Of a stretch of 36,896 nt of DNA, positions 25,850 to 34,600 are shown piece by piece. This DNA comes from a virus (lineage: Duplodnaviria > Caudoviricetes). The notes beneath the pieces are model-generated. The model did not search any database and was not told the origin of the DNA. It saw only the letters and a list, made by a program, of their open reading frames with translations. Location of the stretch: positions 1-36,896 of the IMG/VR virus record IMGVR_UViG_3300012352_000720; one strand, written 5' to 3'. Both the position numbers and the translations under genes were made by a program. Position 1 is the stretch's first letter. The number at the start of each line of letters is the position of its first letter.

Positions 25850-26899
25850 ATGAGTAATGAATTATTAGAAAAGTCAGTTGCTGCTAATACAACAGCAACA
25901 TCTACCTTTGCTTCCACAACAGGTGGCACAGGTATCCACACTGGTTCCGAAGATGGAAACGGTGGTCTGCTTAACGCAGAACAATCATCTAGATTTCTAG
26001 ACTACATGTTCGACGCAACCGTAATTGGTAAGGTCGCACGTACAGTTCGAATGAAGTCAGATACAACCGAAATTGATCGTGTTGGAGTCGGCGAGAAGCT
26101 TATGAAGCTCGCTACAGAGGCAGATAACACAGGTACAAATGCTGCTGTTACTTTCTCAAAGATTTCTTTGACAACAAAGAAGCTTCGTCTTGACTGGGAA
26201 CTCTCAACAGAGTCACTAGAAGACAACATCGAAGGTGCAGATCTCGAAGATCACATTGCACGTATGATGGCAACACAGGCAGGTAACGACATTGAAGATG
26301 TTATCCTTAACGGAAATACAGCTCTTTCATCAGATGCACTTTATAAGTCATTTGACGGTGTTGTTAAGCTTGCAAAGGCAAATGGTCACGTTGTAGATGC
26401 AGCTGGTGCAGGAGTATCAAGAGCTTTGTTCAACTCAGCTCTCAAGGCACTTCCACGTAAGTACAAGCAGCGTCGTGCAGACCTTCGCTTCCTTTCAGGT
26501 TCAAACCTTATCCAGGACTTCCTCTATGCTAACAGCATCGGAACAAACCAGACAATCCCACAGGATATTGCTTCAAGCATCATCCGTGGCGATGTCCAGC
26601 CACTAGGCGGACCAGCTGGTTACGTTGCACCTTACGCATTCGGTATTCCAATCGTCGAAGTTCCACTTCTTCCAGAAGCACAGGACGGCGACTACTCAGG
26701 AGAGACAGGCAACCACGGTGATGTTCACCTTACATTCCCAAATAACATCGTAATTGGTGTTAAGCGTGATGTAACAGTTTACCGCTTCTTCTGGCCACGC
26801 AAGGACTCAATCGAGTACACACTTTACACACGTGTTGGTGTTCAAATCGAGCAGGCAGATGCTTGGGTCGTTGTTAAGAACGTTAAGGTAGCTTCTTAA
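25850..26899 (+). CDS. Major capsid protein (HK97 fold)
   Basis: GGLLNAEQS..F, ESLEDNIEG, ILNG, FDG; position after protease; codon bias of a highly expressed gene; terminator follows. Confidence 0.92.
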   Translation: MSNELLEKSVAANTTATSTFASTTGGTGIHTGSEDGNGGLLNAEQSSRFLDYMFDATVIGKVARTVRMKSDTTEIDRVGVGEKLMKLATEADNTGTNAAVTFSKISLTTKKLRLDWELSTESLEDNIEGADLEDHIARMMATQAGNDIEDVILNGNTALSSDALYKSFDGVVKLAKANGHVVDAAGAGVSRALFNSALKALPRKYKQRRADLRFLSGSNLIQDFLYANSIGTNQTIPQDIASSIIRGDVQPLGGPAGYVAPYAFGIPIVEVPLLPEAQDGDYSGETGNHGDVHLTFPNNIVIGVKRDVTVYRFFWPRKDSIEYTLYTRVGVQIEQADAWVVVKNVKVAS

Positions 26900-26919
26900 T
26901 TAGATAGCTATTACGAATC

Positions 26920-26953
26920 GCCCCCGAATTAATTTTCGGGGGCTTTTCATTTT
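26920..26953 (+). terminator. Intrinsic terminator
   Basis: GCCCCCGAA-TTAATT-TTCGGGGGC followed by TTTTCATTTT. Confidence 0.88.
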
Positions 26954-26998
26954 AATTTATCAATGCTATAATTAACATAACTAAAAGAAGGAGCAAGT

Positions 26999-27397
26999 AT
27001 GTCTTTTGACACATTAAAGTTAGCAGAATTAAAGCAAGTAGCAGAAGATTTTGCGGTTGATATTACAGGCTTAAAGAATAAAGAAACGATTATTGCAGCA
27101 CTATCAGAAGAGGGTGTAACATGGTCTATTTATTCAAAGACAAAGGAAGACCTTGAAGAGGCTGAGGACGTTATGGACGAAGTTCTCCCAAAGTTTGATC
27201 CAAAGGCTAGTCAGCCAGAGGACACAGTATTAGTAAGAATGACCAGGGCTAATTTCAGATATGATATTGTCGGTTATACATTTACTAAGGAACATCCATT
27301 TGTTGCAATGACAAAGGATAAGGCTCAAGCAATTTTTGATAAAGAGGAGGGTTTTAGATTAGCAACCCCATCAGAGGTTCAAAGCTTCTACAACTAA
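26999..27397 (+). CDS. Hypothetical protein, N-terminal HeH/Rho-N-like motif
   Basis: LKLAELKQVAE...I.GLKNKE.II.AL; SD AAGGAG; TGC-TATAAT upstream. Confidence 0.7.
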   Translation: MSFDTLKLAELKQVAEDFAVDITGLKNKETIIAALSEEGVTWSIYSKTKEDLEEAEDVMDEVLPKFDPKASQPEDTVLVRMTRANFRYDIVGYTFTKEHPFVAMTKDKAQAIFDKEEGFRLATPSEVQSFYN

Positions 27398-27410
27398 TCT
27401 AAACGCATAA

Positions 27411-28391
27411 ATGGCAGAGATATTAATAGATACAAATTCACCAATCAAGCACAGATTGTTTTGGAAGGGTGAGTCAGTAGATGCTGATACTTTGCCACAT
27501 GTTCATGTGTATGACATTACAAATGATCATACAATAGACCCACCTATAAATCCAGAAACACTATTAACAACATTGTATGCTGAGAAGGTAGAGACAGACT
27601 TTGGTGTTTATCAGGTCTTCCTACCTCTCAGCCTCACTAATAGAATCAGAGAATTTAAGTTTATCTGGAACTATGAGGTAGAAGGAAATGATGTTACCAA
27701 GGAAATTGAAGTTTATGTAAATAAGCCATATACTGATATTACACAGGCTATAGATGAATTGCGATTAGGAGCAGACCCAAGCGATCCATCATATAAAACA
27801 TTTTCAGACCTACAGCTTGCTGAAAGATATGCTAGAAATAAAATTGAAGAATTTACTGGACAGCAGTTTGCCCCACACGAGATGACATATGCTGTATATG
27901 GTGACAACTCAGACATTATAGCACTTCCAGAAAAAATGATTGAGATTCACAAGATCTACGCAAACGATGTTTTGCTTGTTGACAATCTAGAGGGAATAAA
28001 TAATTGGCTTTATGATCCGCAGGTAACAGAAAGCGGATATGGCCTCAGGGTTAATAGACAAAGCGTAATCGACAATACTGTTTATTCAGCAAACGGAATG
28101 GTACCTCCAGATGCAGCTTACTCGGGCAGAGCATTTTCAAATGGAGTAAGATACGTAATCGAAGGTCTTTTTGGCTGGACAGAAGTTCCTGCAAATGTAG
28201 AGCAGGCATGTATTGAATTAATGGGACATTACTTTGAAAAAGATAATAGCTGGAAAGATCATTACCTAAAGAAGGTATCATCTTTTGACTGGAATTTTGA
28301 GTATGACTCATCAGTGTTCTCTGGAACAGGCTGTATGTATGCAGACAAGCTTTTATCACAATATAAAATTTCTCAAATGGTTTTGATATAA
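27411..28391 (+). CDS. Head-tail adaptor/connector
   Basis: A...IEEFTGQ.F and FGW.EVP.NVEQACIEL motifs; synteny. Confidence 0.75.
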   Translation: MAEILIDTNSPIKHRLFWKGESVDADTLPHVHVYDITNDHTIDPPINPETLLTTLYAEKVETDFGVYQVFLPLSLTNRIREFKFIWNYEVEGNDVTKEIEVYVNKPYTDITQAIDELRLGADPSDPSYKTFSDLQLAERYARNKIEEFTGQQFAPHEMTYAVYGDNSDIIALPEKMIEIHKIYANDVLLVDNLEGINNWLYDPQVTESGYGLRVNRQSVIDNTVYSANGMVPPDAAYSGRAFSNGVRYVIEGLFGWTEVPANVEQACIELMGHYFEKDNSWKDHYLKKVSSFDWNFEYDSSVFSGTGCMYADKLLSQYKISQMVLI

Positions 28392-28392
28392 T

Positions 28393-28821
28393 ATGTCAAG
28401 CCTAATAACCTCAATGCTGCCTATGAAGCTAGATGTTTACAGGCAAAGCGATGCTCAGGATGAAAATACTGGAGCCATTAAAAAAGAATGGCATTTTTAT
28501 AAGACAGTTGATTGCCATGCAAAGGGTGTTATAAGCAATTCTACAACAACACGTTCTGGAGACAATCAGATATTTTCAAATAAGTATACAAATGAACAGA
28601 TGATTCAAGTTAGAACTATAGATAAGCTAACCTTGCGTGAAAAGGTTTCAAATATAAGAAACTCAGAAAATATTGTAATCTGGACAGAACTAGATTATCC
28701 AACTGATACCCCTACGGTATTTGAGCTAGTTGGAACAACACCAATCACAGACCCGTTCGGCAAAGTAATTGGATATAACTCAACATTAAAAAGATCGGAG
28801 AACCAGGTAATTGGATTCTAG
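28393..28821 (+). CDS. Head closure (stopper) protein
   Basis: Size, beta-rich pattern (DVYRQ...D.NTG....W), synteny. Confidence 0.6.
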   Translation: MSSLITSMLPMKLDVYRQSDAQDENTGAIKKEWHFYKTVDCHAKGVISNSTTTRSGDNQIFSNKYTNEQMIQVRTIDKLTLREKVSNIRNSENIVIWTELDYPTDTPTVFELVGTTPITDPFGKVIGYNSTLKRSENQVIGF

Positions 28822-29596
28822 CATTGCTCTAGTCCAAGCTGCAAGCGGTCTTCAAAGACTTATGGCTGGCAGCGCACCAGGCGTTATAAAGGATACTACT
28901 GTAGCACAGGTATCGGCTTTGCTTTATTATCAGTCCAGCGTAATATCAAAGCTGACAAGAAATAAGTCATTTATAAATAAGTTTAATAAAACAATATATG
29001 ATCAGCTGGATAAAGACTTTGGTCTCTACATGGATTCAAAAGCTAGAACTCAGCCAAAACAGCACCATCATTTATATGAATGGAAAAAGGTTGGCAATAA
29101 GAATAGTAGATTATTTTCTTTAAAAATGATTCCAAACAATGGACTTGGATTTTCTATATCTTATGAGTTTAAGGATTCAAGGTCCCTTGTGCCAACTAAA
29201 AAGGGTAAGCATAAGCATGTATTTAAAAACAAAGCATCTATTATGGAATCTGGAGAGCCAGTTGTAATCAAGCCAGTTTATTCAGAGCGACTTGTTTTTG
29301 ATGTTAGTGGCTACACAGTATTTATGCCAAAGGGTGCAAGTGTTACGGTTTCAAAGCCAGGAGGTCCTGGAGTAAAGAACTCATTTGCGATAGGATTCAA
29401 TTACTTCTTTAAAAGTAATCTAGTAAGCTCATCAATAAAGAAGTCACGATTCCAGGCAATATTTTCAGCAGATATTGCAAAGGCATTAAGGGTTCCAGCT
29501 GGAATTAAAAAGGTTCAATATAGCTTTTCAGCAAATACAATAGACATGCAAGCTGATCAGGCGCTTACTAGAGCATTTGGAGGAGGAGTATTATGA
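28811..29596 (+). CDS. Putative neck/tail completion protein
   Basis: Basic 261-aa ORF between stopper and terminator; synteny only. Confidence 0.5.
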   Translation: MDSSIALVQAASGLQRLMAGSAPGVIKDTTVAQVSALLYYQSSVISKLTRNKSFINKFNKTIYDQLDKDFGLYMDSKARTQPKQHHHLYEWKKVGNKNSRLFSLKMIPNNGLGFSISYEFKDSRSLVPTKKGKHKHVFKNKASIMESGEPVVIKPVYSERLVFDVSGYTVFMPKGASVTVSKPGGPGVKNSFAIGFNYFFKSNLVSSSIKKSRFQAIFSADIAKALRVPAGIKKVQYSFSANTIDMQADQALTRAFGGGVL

Positions 29597-30105
29597 CAGC
29601 TAATTACAGATTAGACGCAGCTTTTGAGGTAAGAAAGTTTCTCTGGGAGGAACTCGTAAGCAATAATATATTTGATGAAAACGAATACTATAGCGATAAT
29701 ATAGGAAGTGTAATTAATCCAATCATTCCAGTTCAACAACAGCCAGAATTAAATCAATTCTTAAATGGGAAAAAGCATATTGTTTATGACAAAATAGGTA
29801 CATCGGTAGAAGATAACTGGATGATCTCTTGCGATCAATTATTATTTACAGTTTATTCATCAGATATATTAGATCTAACAGAAATAAGAAACTTCATGAT
29901 TGATCTATTTAGAAGAATGGACGATTCAGCAAGGGACGTAAACGCCCTTGAGAGCCTTTCTGACAAGTTTAAGTTCCATAGCCTATATGTAGTAGACATC
30001 GGCCCAGTTGCGCCCTCAGAGGAGCTCCAGGGCCTTCTAGCAACCGATATAACAATAGAGGCCAAGTACTCACGCATATTAGACAATAATGGCAGATATT
30101 TATAA
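29593..30105 (+). CDS. Putative tail terminator protein
   Basis: Acidic 170-aa ORF immediately before the major tail gene; ATGA overlap. Confidence 0.55.
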   Translation: MTANYRLDAAFEVRKFLWEELVSNNIFDENEYYSDNIGSVINPIIPVQQQPELNQFLNGKKHIVYDKIGTSVEDNWMISCDQLLFTVYSSDILDLTEIRNFMIDLFRRMDDSARDVNALESLSDKFKFHSLYVVDIGPVAPSEELQGLLATDITIEAKYSRILDNNGRYL

Positions 30106-30106
30106 T

Positions 30107-30135
30107 TTGCCTTAGCACTAAATATATAATAAAAT
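30107..30135 (+). promoter_or_regulatory. Promoter for major tail gene
   Basis: TTGCCT-N17-TAAAAT, same boxes as at 24483. Confidence 0.6.
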
Positions 30136-30200
30136 TATCCTAAGAGGAAAGAGCCTAGCCAGCTAATTTAAATTTATAAACCACACAGGAGGTAGACACT

Positions 30201-30920
30201 ATGGCACAAGCCACAGGTAATGCTAAGAATATTCTAGTCGGTGCTTCACCACTATTCCTTTCTAGCACAGACATCACAGCAGAAAACTACATTGACAATG
30301 CTGAACCAGGTTCAGGTATTGCATCAGGTACAGATACAGTAGGAGTTCCATCATTCTCAACAGGAACATCTTACACAGATACACTTAACGGTGTAGATAT
30401 GGCAGCAGGAAAGTTCGGTTATCGTAACGTAGGTTACACAAATAACGGTCTTCAGATTACATACAACCCAACATACGATTCAGTAACAGTTGATCAGCTT
30501 CTCGATACAGCGAAGCTCTTCAAGTCTGCAATGGAAGTTATGATTGCAACAGAAATGTCAGAAGGTACACTCGAGAACGTTCTCGTTGTATTCGGACAGG
30601 AGTCAGATACTCTTACAGAGACTGGCACATCAGGAACAACAAACCACAAGAAGACACTCGGTCTAGAGGCAGGTGCTCTTGGAGCAGCTCCAACAGAGCG
30701 TCAGCTTATCGCTGTAGGTCAAGGACCAACATCACTTGGAACAAAGGCAGAGCGTGTATACTATGCACGTCGTGTTCTTTCAGTACAACAGTCACAGTTC
30801 TCACTTGCACGTAATACTCCAACCACATTCCCAGTTACATTCCGCCTTCTCCCATCAGGAGATAGCGCATATGCAGGCCAGGAATATGGTAAGATTATTG
30901 ACCGTGTTTTGGTAGCTTAA
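30201..30920 (+). CDS. Major tail (tube) protein
   Basis: NILVGA, VGYTNNGLQITY.P, VDQ, E.TLEN, FPVTFRLL; strong SD AGGAGGT; terminator follows. Confidence 0.85.
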   Translation: MAQATGNAKNILVGASPLFLSSTDITAENYIDNAEPGSGIASGTDTVGVPSFSTGTSYTDTLNGVDMAAGKFGYRNVGYTNNGLQITYNPTYDSVTVDQLLDTAKLFKSAMEVMIATEMSEGTLENVLVVFGQESDTLTETGTSGTTNHKKTLGLEAGALGAAPTERQLIAVGQGPTSLGTKAERVYYARRVLSVQQSQFSLARNTPTTFPVTFRLLPSGDSAYAGQEYGKIIDRVLVA

Positions 30921-30937
30921 TTAATTTAATTAATTGT

Positions 30938-30966
30938 AGAAGCCCCCGAGAAATCGGGGGTTTTCT
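30938..30966 (+). terminator. Intrinsic terminator
   Basis: AGAAGCCCCCGA-GAAA-TCGGGGGTTTTCT. Confidence 0.85.
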
Positions 30967-31024
30967 GCTTGTGTTAGTAAAATAAGTTTAGTATAATAAT
31001 AAAGACATATCCAAGGAGGATAAA

Positions 31025-31360
31025 TTGGCAACTACAGTATACGACGTAGAATTAATTAAACTACAAGACGACACAGAGGTATTTCTAAAGCCTCTAGCAA
31101 TTAGCTCATTAAGAAAGTTCATGAAGGAAATGGACAAGTTTGGTAAGGCAAAGACAGAAGATCAAACTCTTTCTATCCTAATTGATGCATGTGCAGTAGC
31201 ACTTGAAAAGCAAGCACCAGAACTTGTAGCAGATAAAGAAAAGCTTGAAGAAGCATTGGACCTTCCAACAATTTATCGTATCATTAAGATCTGTGGCGGA
31301 ATCGATCTTGAAAACCCAAACCTAGTAGCGGCAGCTCTGGAAGCAGCTGGGGAGATCTAG
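31025..31360 (+). CDS. Tail assembly chaperone (short form)
   Basis: Between major tail and tape measure genes; AAGGAGG before TTG start. Confidence 0.8.
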   Translation: MATTVYDVELIKLQDDTEVFLKPLAISSLRKFMKEMDKFGKAKTEDQTLSILIDACAVALEKQAPELVADKEKLEEALDLPTIYRIIKICGGIDLENPNLVAAALEAAGEI

Positions 31361-31689
31361 ATCTAGCCGCTTTAGAAGGAGAGATATTTCTTCTTGGTCA
31401 TTGGAAAAATTACCAAGAGCTTGAAGAAAGTCTTTCAATGCCAGAGATGGTGCAAACGTTTAAAGCAATGCAGAAAACTGAAGGAGATAAGAGAAAGTTC
31501 TTAGCATCACTTCAGGGTGTTGATCTAAATGAAGATAATGAGGAGGTAAAGACGTTCGACGACATACGAAGAAAAGCATTAGGAATTAATGCTAGCGCAG
31601 ATGATGTAGTATCCTTACAAGGATCATTCGCATCAGAAGCTGGATTCGGAGTCGGAGCTGGTCTTGGTTATATAGAAGTACATGGCTGA
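31312..31689 (+). CDS. Tail assembly chaperone, frameshifted C-terminal extension (long form 31025..31689)
   Basis: -1 frame reads ...SWGDLDLAALEGEIFLLGHWKNYQELEESLSMPEMV..., joining ORF 31438..31689, which has no clear SD of its own. Confidence 0.72.
   Translation, partial: KPKPSSGSSGSSWGDLDLAALEGEIFLLGHWKNYQELEESLSMPEMVQTFKAMQKTEGDKRKFLASLQGVDLNEDNEEVKTFDDIRRKALGINASADDVVSLQGSFASEAGFGVGAGLGYIEVHG
31315..31321 (+). other. -1 programmed frameshift slippery site C CCA AAC
   Basis: X XXY YYZ heptamer in correct phase; -1 frame open from 31312 to stop at 31689. Confidence 0.75.
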
Positions 31690-34600
31690 TGAGCAAATAG
31701 TAACGAATATAGTAGCTAACGCTGACTTTTCTGGTCTGATAACAGATCTAGCAAGAGTAACATCGGCGCTTAACAATTTGCAAAATCAAGCTGGAGCAAC
31801 TAATAAAGCTCTAGCAAATCAAATTGCAGTAATGAATCGCCAGTTTGGTGATACGTTAAGAAGCACTGGTCAGTTCACTACACACTTCGTTACTATTGGC
31901 TCTGATGTAGATAAGTTTGGAAAGAACTTAGACGCAGGCCGTGGAAAGCTCCGTGACTTTTATGGAGCATGGCAAGGATATCACAAGCAGTCCAATTCCC
32001 TCGTAAAAGATTTAGCTAAGCAACAAGTACAGCTACAGAACTCAATTCTTCAACCATTAGGCAGAAACGCCGATGGAATGATGCGATTTGCAGTACAGGT
32101 TCCAAGAGGCCTTGATGAAATAAAGAGCAAGAGCGCAATCGCAAGACAAGAGCTACAGATACTAAATAGAGTAGTTCAAGAAGGCGGAAACCAATTAATT
32201 AACTGGGGAAAGAATACTCAGTGGGCTGGTCGTCAGCTAACTGTTGGATTAACTGTTCCTATAGCTGCATTCGGGAAAGCAGCATCAGATGCTTTTAGAC
32301 AAGCTGATGAAGAGCTAACAAGACTTGTAAAGGTTTATGGAGATGTTGCTGGAACTTCAGCTGTTGAATTAGGCAAGGTTAGAAAAGAAGTTGTAGATAC
32401 AGCAAAGGAATTAGCTGCATCTATGGGAGCTGGATTTAAGGACACGCTAGCTCTTTCTGCAGATATTGCAGCAACTGGAAAAACTGGAACAGAGTTATTA
32501 GGATCAATTAGAGAAACAACAAGACTTGCAATCCTTGGTGAAGTTGATAGAACAGAAGCAATGAAGGCTACGCTTGCAATTCAATCAGCATTCAAGCAAA
32601 ATACAGATGAGCTTGCACAATCAATTAACTTTCTTAACGCAGTTGAAAACCAGACTTCAACATCTCTTAATGACTTAGTAGAAGCAATTCCAAAAGCTGG
32701 TCCAGTAGTGAAGGGTCTTGGCGGAAGTATTCAAGATCTTGCTTTGTATCTTACAGCTATGCGTGAAGGCGGAATTAATGCATCAGAAGGCGCAAATGCA
32801 TTAAAGTCTGCTCTTGCATCACTCATTAACCCAACAGATGTTGCTGTTGCAAAGTTTAAGGGTTTTGGAATAGACTTACTTGGAATTGTAGAAGGAAATG
32901 CTGGAAACGTAACTAATACTTTAATGGCTTTGCAAGGAGCTTTAGATTCAATAGATCCGCTATCAAAGCAACAGGCAATTGAGCAGCTCTTCGGCAAGTT
33001 CCAGTTTGCTAGAATGAATGCTTTATTTGAAAACTTAGGTAAGCAGGGATCTCAGACATTAAAGGTTTTAGACTTAATGAAAGCAAGTTCTGGAGAGCTT
33101 TCTGATTTAGCTGGTCGAGAATTATCGCTGGTAACAGAATCTGCATCTGGTAAGTACCGCAGAGCACTTGCAGAATTAAAGGCAGACTTAGCAACAGTTG
33201 GCGAAAAGTTTTTAACAATTAATACATATTTAATTAAATTTGTTGATAAGATTGTAGACTTTGCAAATAATCTTCCAGGACCAATCAAAGCAATATTAGG
33301 ATTCTTAGGTGGAATAACAGCCATTGCTGGACCACTTATCATGCTTACTGGTGTACTTGGTAACTTCTTTGGGTATGTAATTAAGGGAGTATCTCACTTC
33401 AAATCATTATTTAAGGGCGGAGAAGGGTGGAAGCTTTTAACGCCAGAAATTCTTGCAGCAAATAAAGCTGGAGACTTGGTAGAACAAACATTTTACTCAG
33501 ATGCAAAAGCAGCAGCGGTATTAAATCAAGCATTAAGAGATTTAACAGCACAGTATGATGCACTTTCAATAAGAGCTCAATCTGGTGCTATATCAATTAA
33601 TCCAGTTCTGACAAATATTTCAGCTCAGGCACAAGCTCAAGGGTTATCTAGAGTTGTTGATAAAAATCACCCATTAGTTGGAGAATACGGAACTAGAGCA
33701 AGCGCTCACATGGTTCCAAGAAATATTGATCAGCCAAGAACTATATTTGGATTAGTGCCATCATCAATTCCAGTAAATGCTGCAATTGGAGAAAACCCAC
33801 AGATTTATTCACAAGGAGACCTTCCTGATATTAAGGGAGTAACTTCAATTCCAGCAACTAGAACAATTGGCGGAGTAAAGCAATCAATGAATGTTTCTAC
33901 TGGAATTGTTGCATCTGAAGCCGCAAGACACCATGCTTTTACAGCAGCGCTTGCAATGCAGACAGAAGCAGAAATGAAGGCCCTTAAGCAAACATTAGCA
34001 ACAACTGGAACTGTATCGAGAGAGTTCATGGACACATTTGATGACCTGCTTCCAGTTACAAGTAGAATTACTGCAAATGCAGCCTCACAATCTGCAATGA
34101 TCGTGGCAGAATTACAGCAAGGTAAAATTACAGCAGCAGCAGCAAAGCAAAGAATTATTGAGTTGAACCTAGCTATTGAAAGAGAATTAGGTGCAGCAAC
34201 ATCTGCATATGCTGGGACAGTTGGAAGATCTATTAACTTAATAAATGTTCCAGGAACAAATCAGCCAGTACAAAGCGCAACTGGAAAATCTAATATGCGT
34301 GAAATGTTTAAAACACGTACTGGTGGAATATTTACAAGAGTAGCGGAAGCACTTAAGGTAAAGACATCTGGTGCTGGATATAACATAGAAACAACTAAGC
34401 TAAAAAGATATAACTCTGGTGGAGCAATCGAGTCTTTTGGTGCAAATAAAACAACTGTTTCTGGACCAACATCAATAAGCTATGATGATCGACTAGGAAG
34501 TGTACCACTCGGAGGCTTTGTATTAAATCAAAGCGCATCACTTGATCCAAATAATCAAGAATTAATTAAGCTTGCTCCTTACACATTTAATAATGGCGGA

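Noticed and set aside
30917-30935. AT-only quasi-palindrome TTAATTAATTTAATTAATT after the major tail gene
   Set aside because: Short low-complexity spacer before a terminator; no independent support for function
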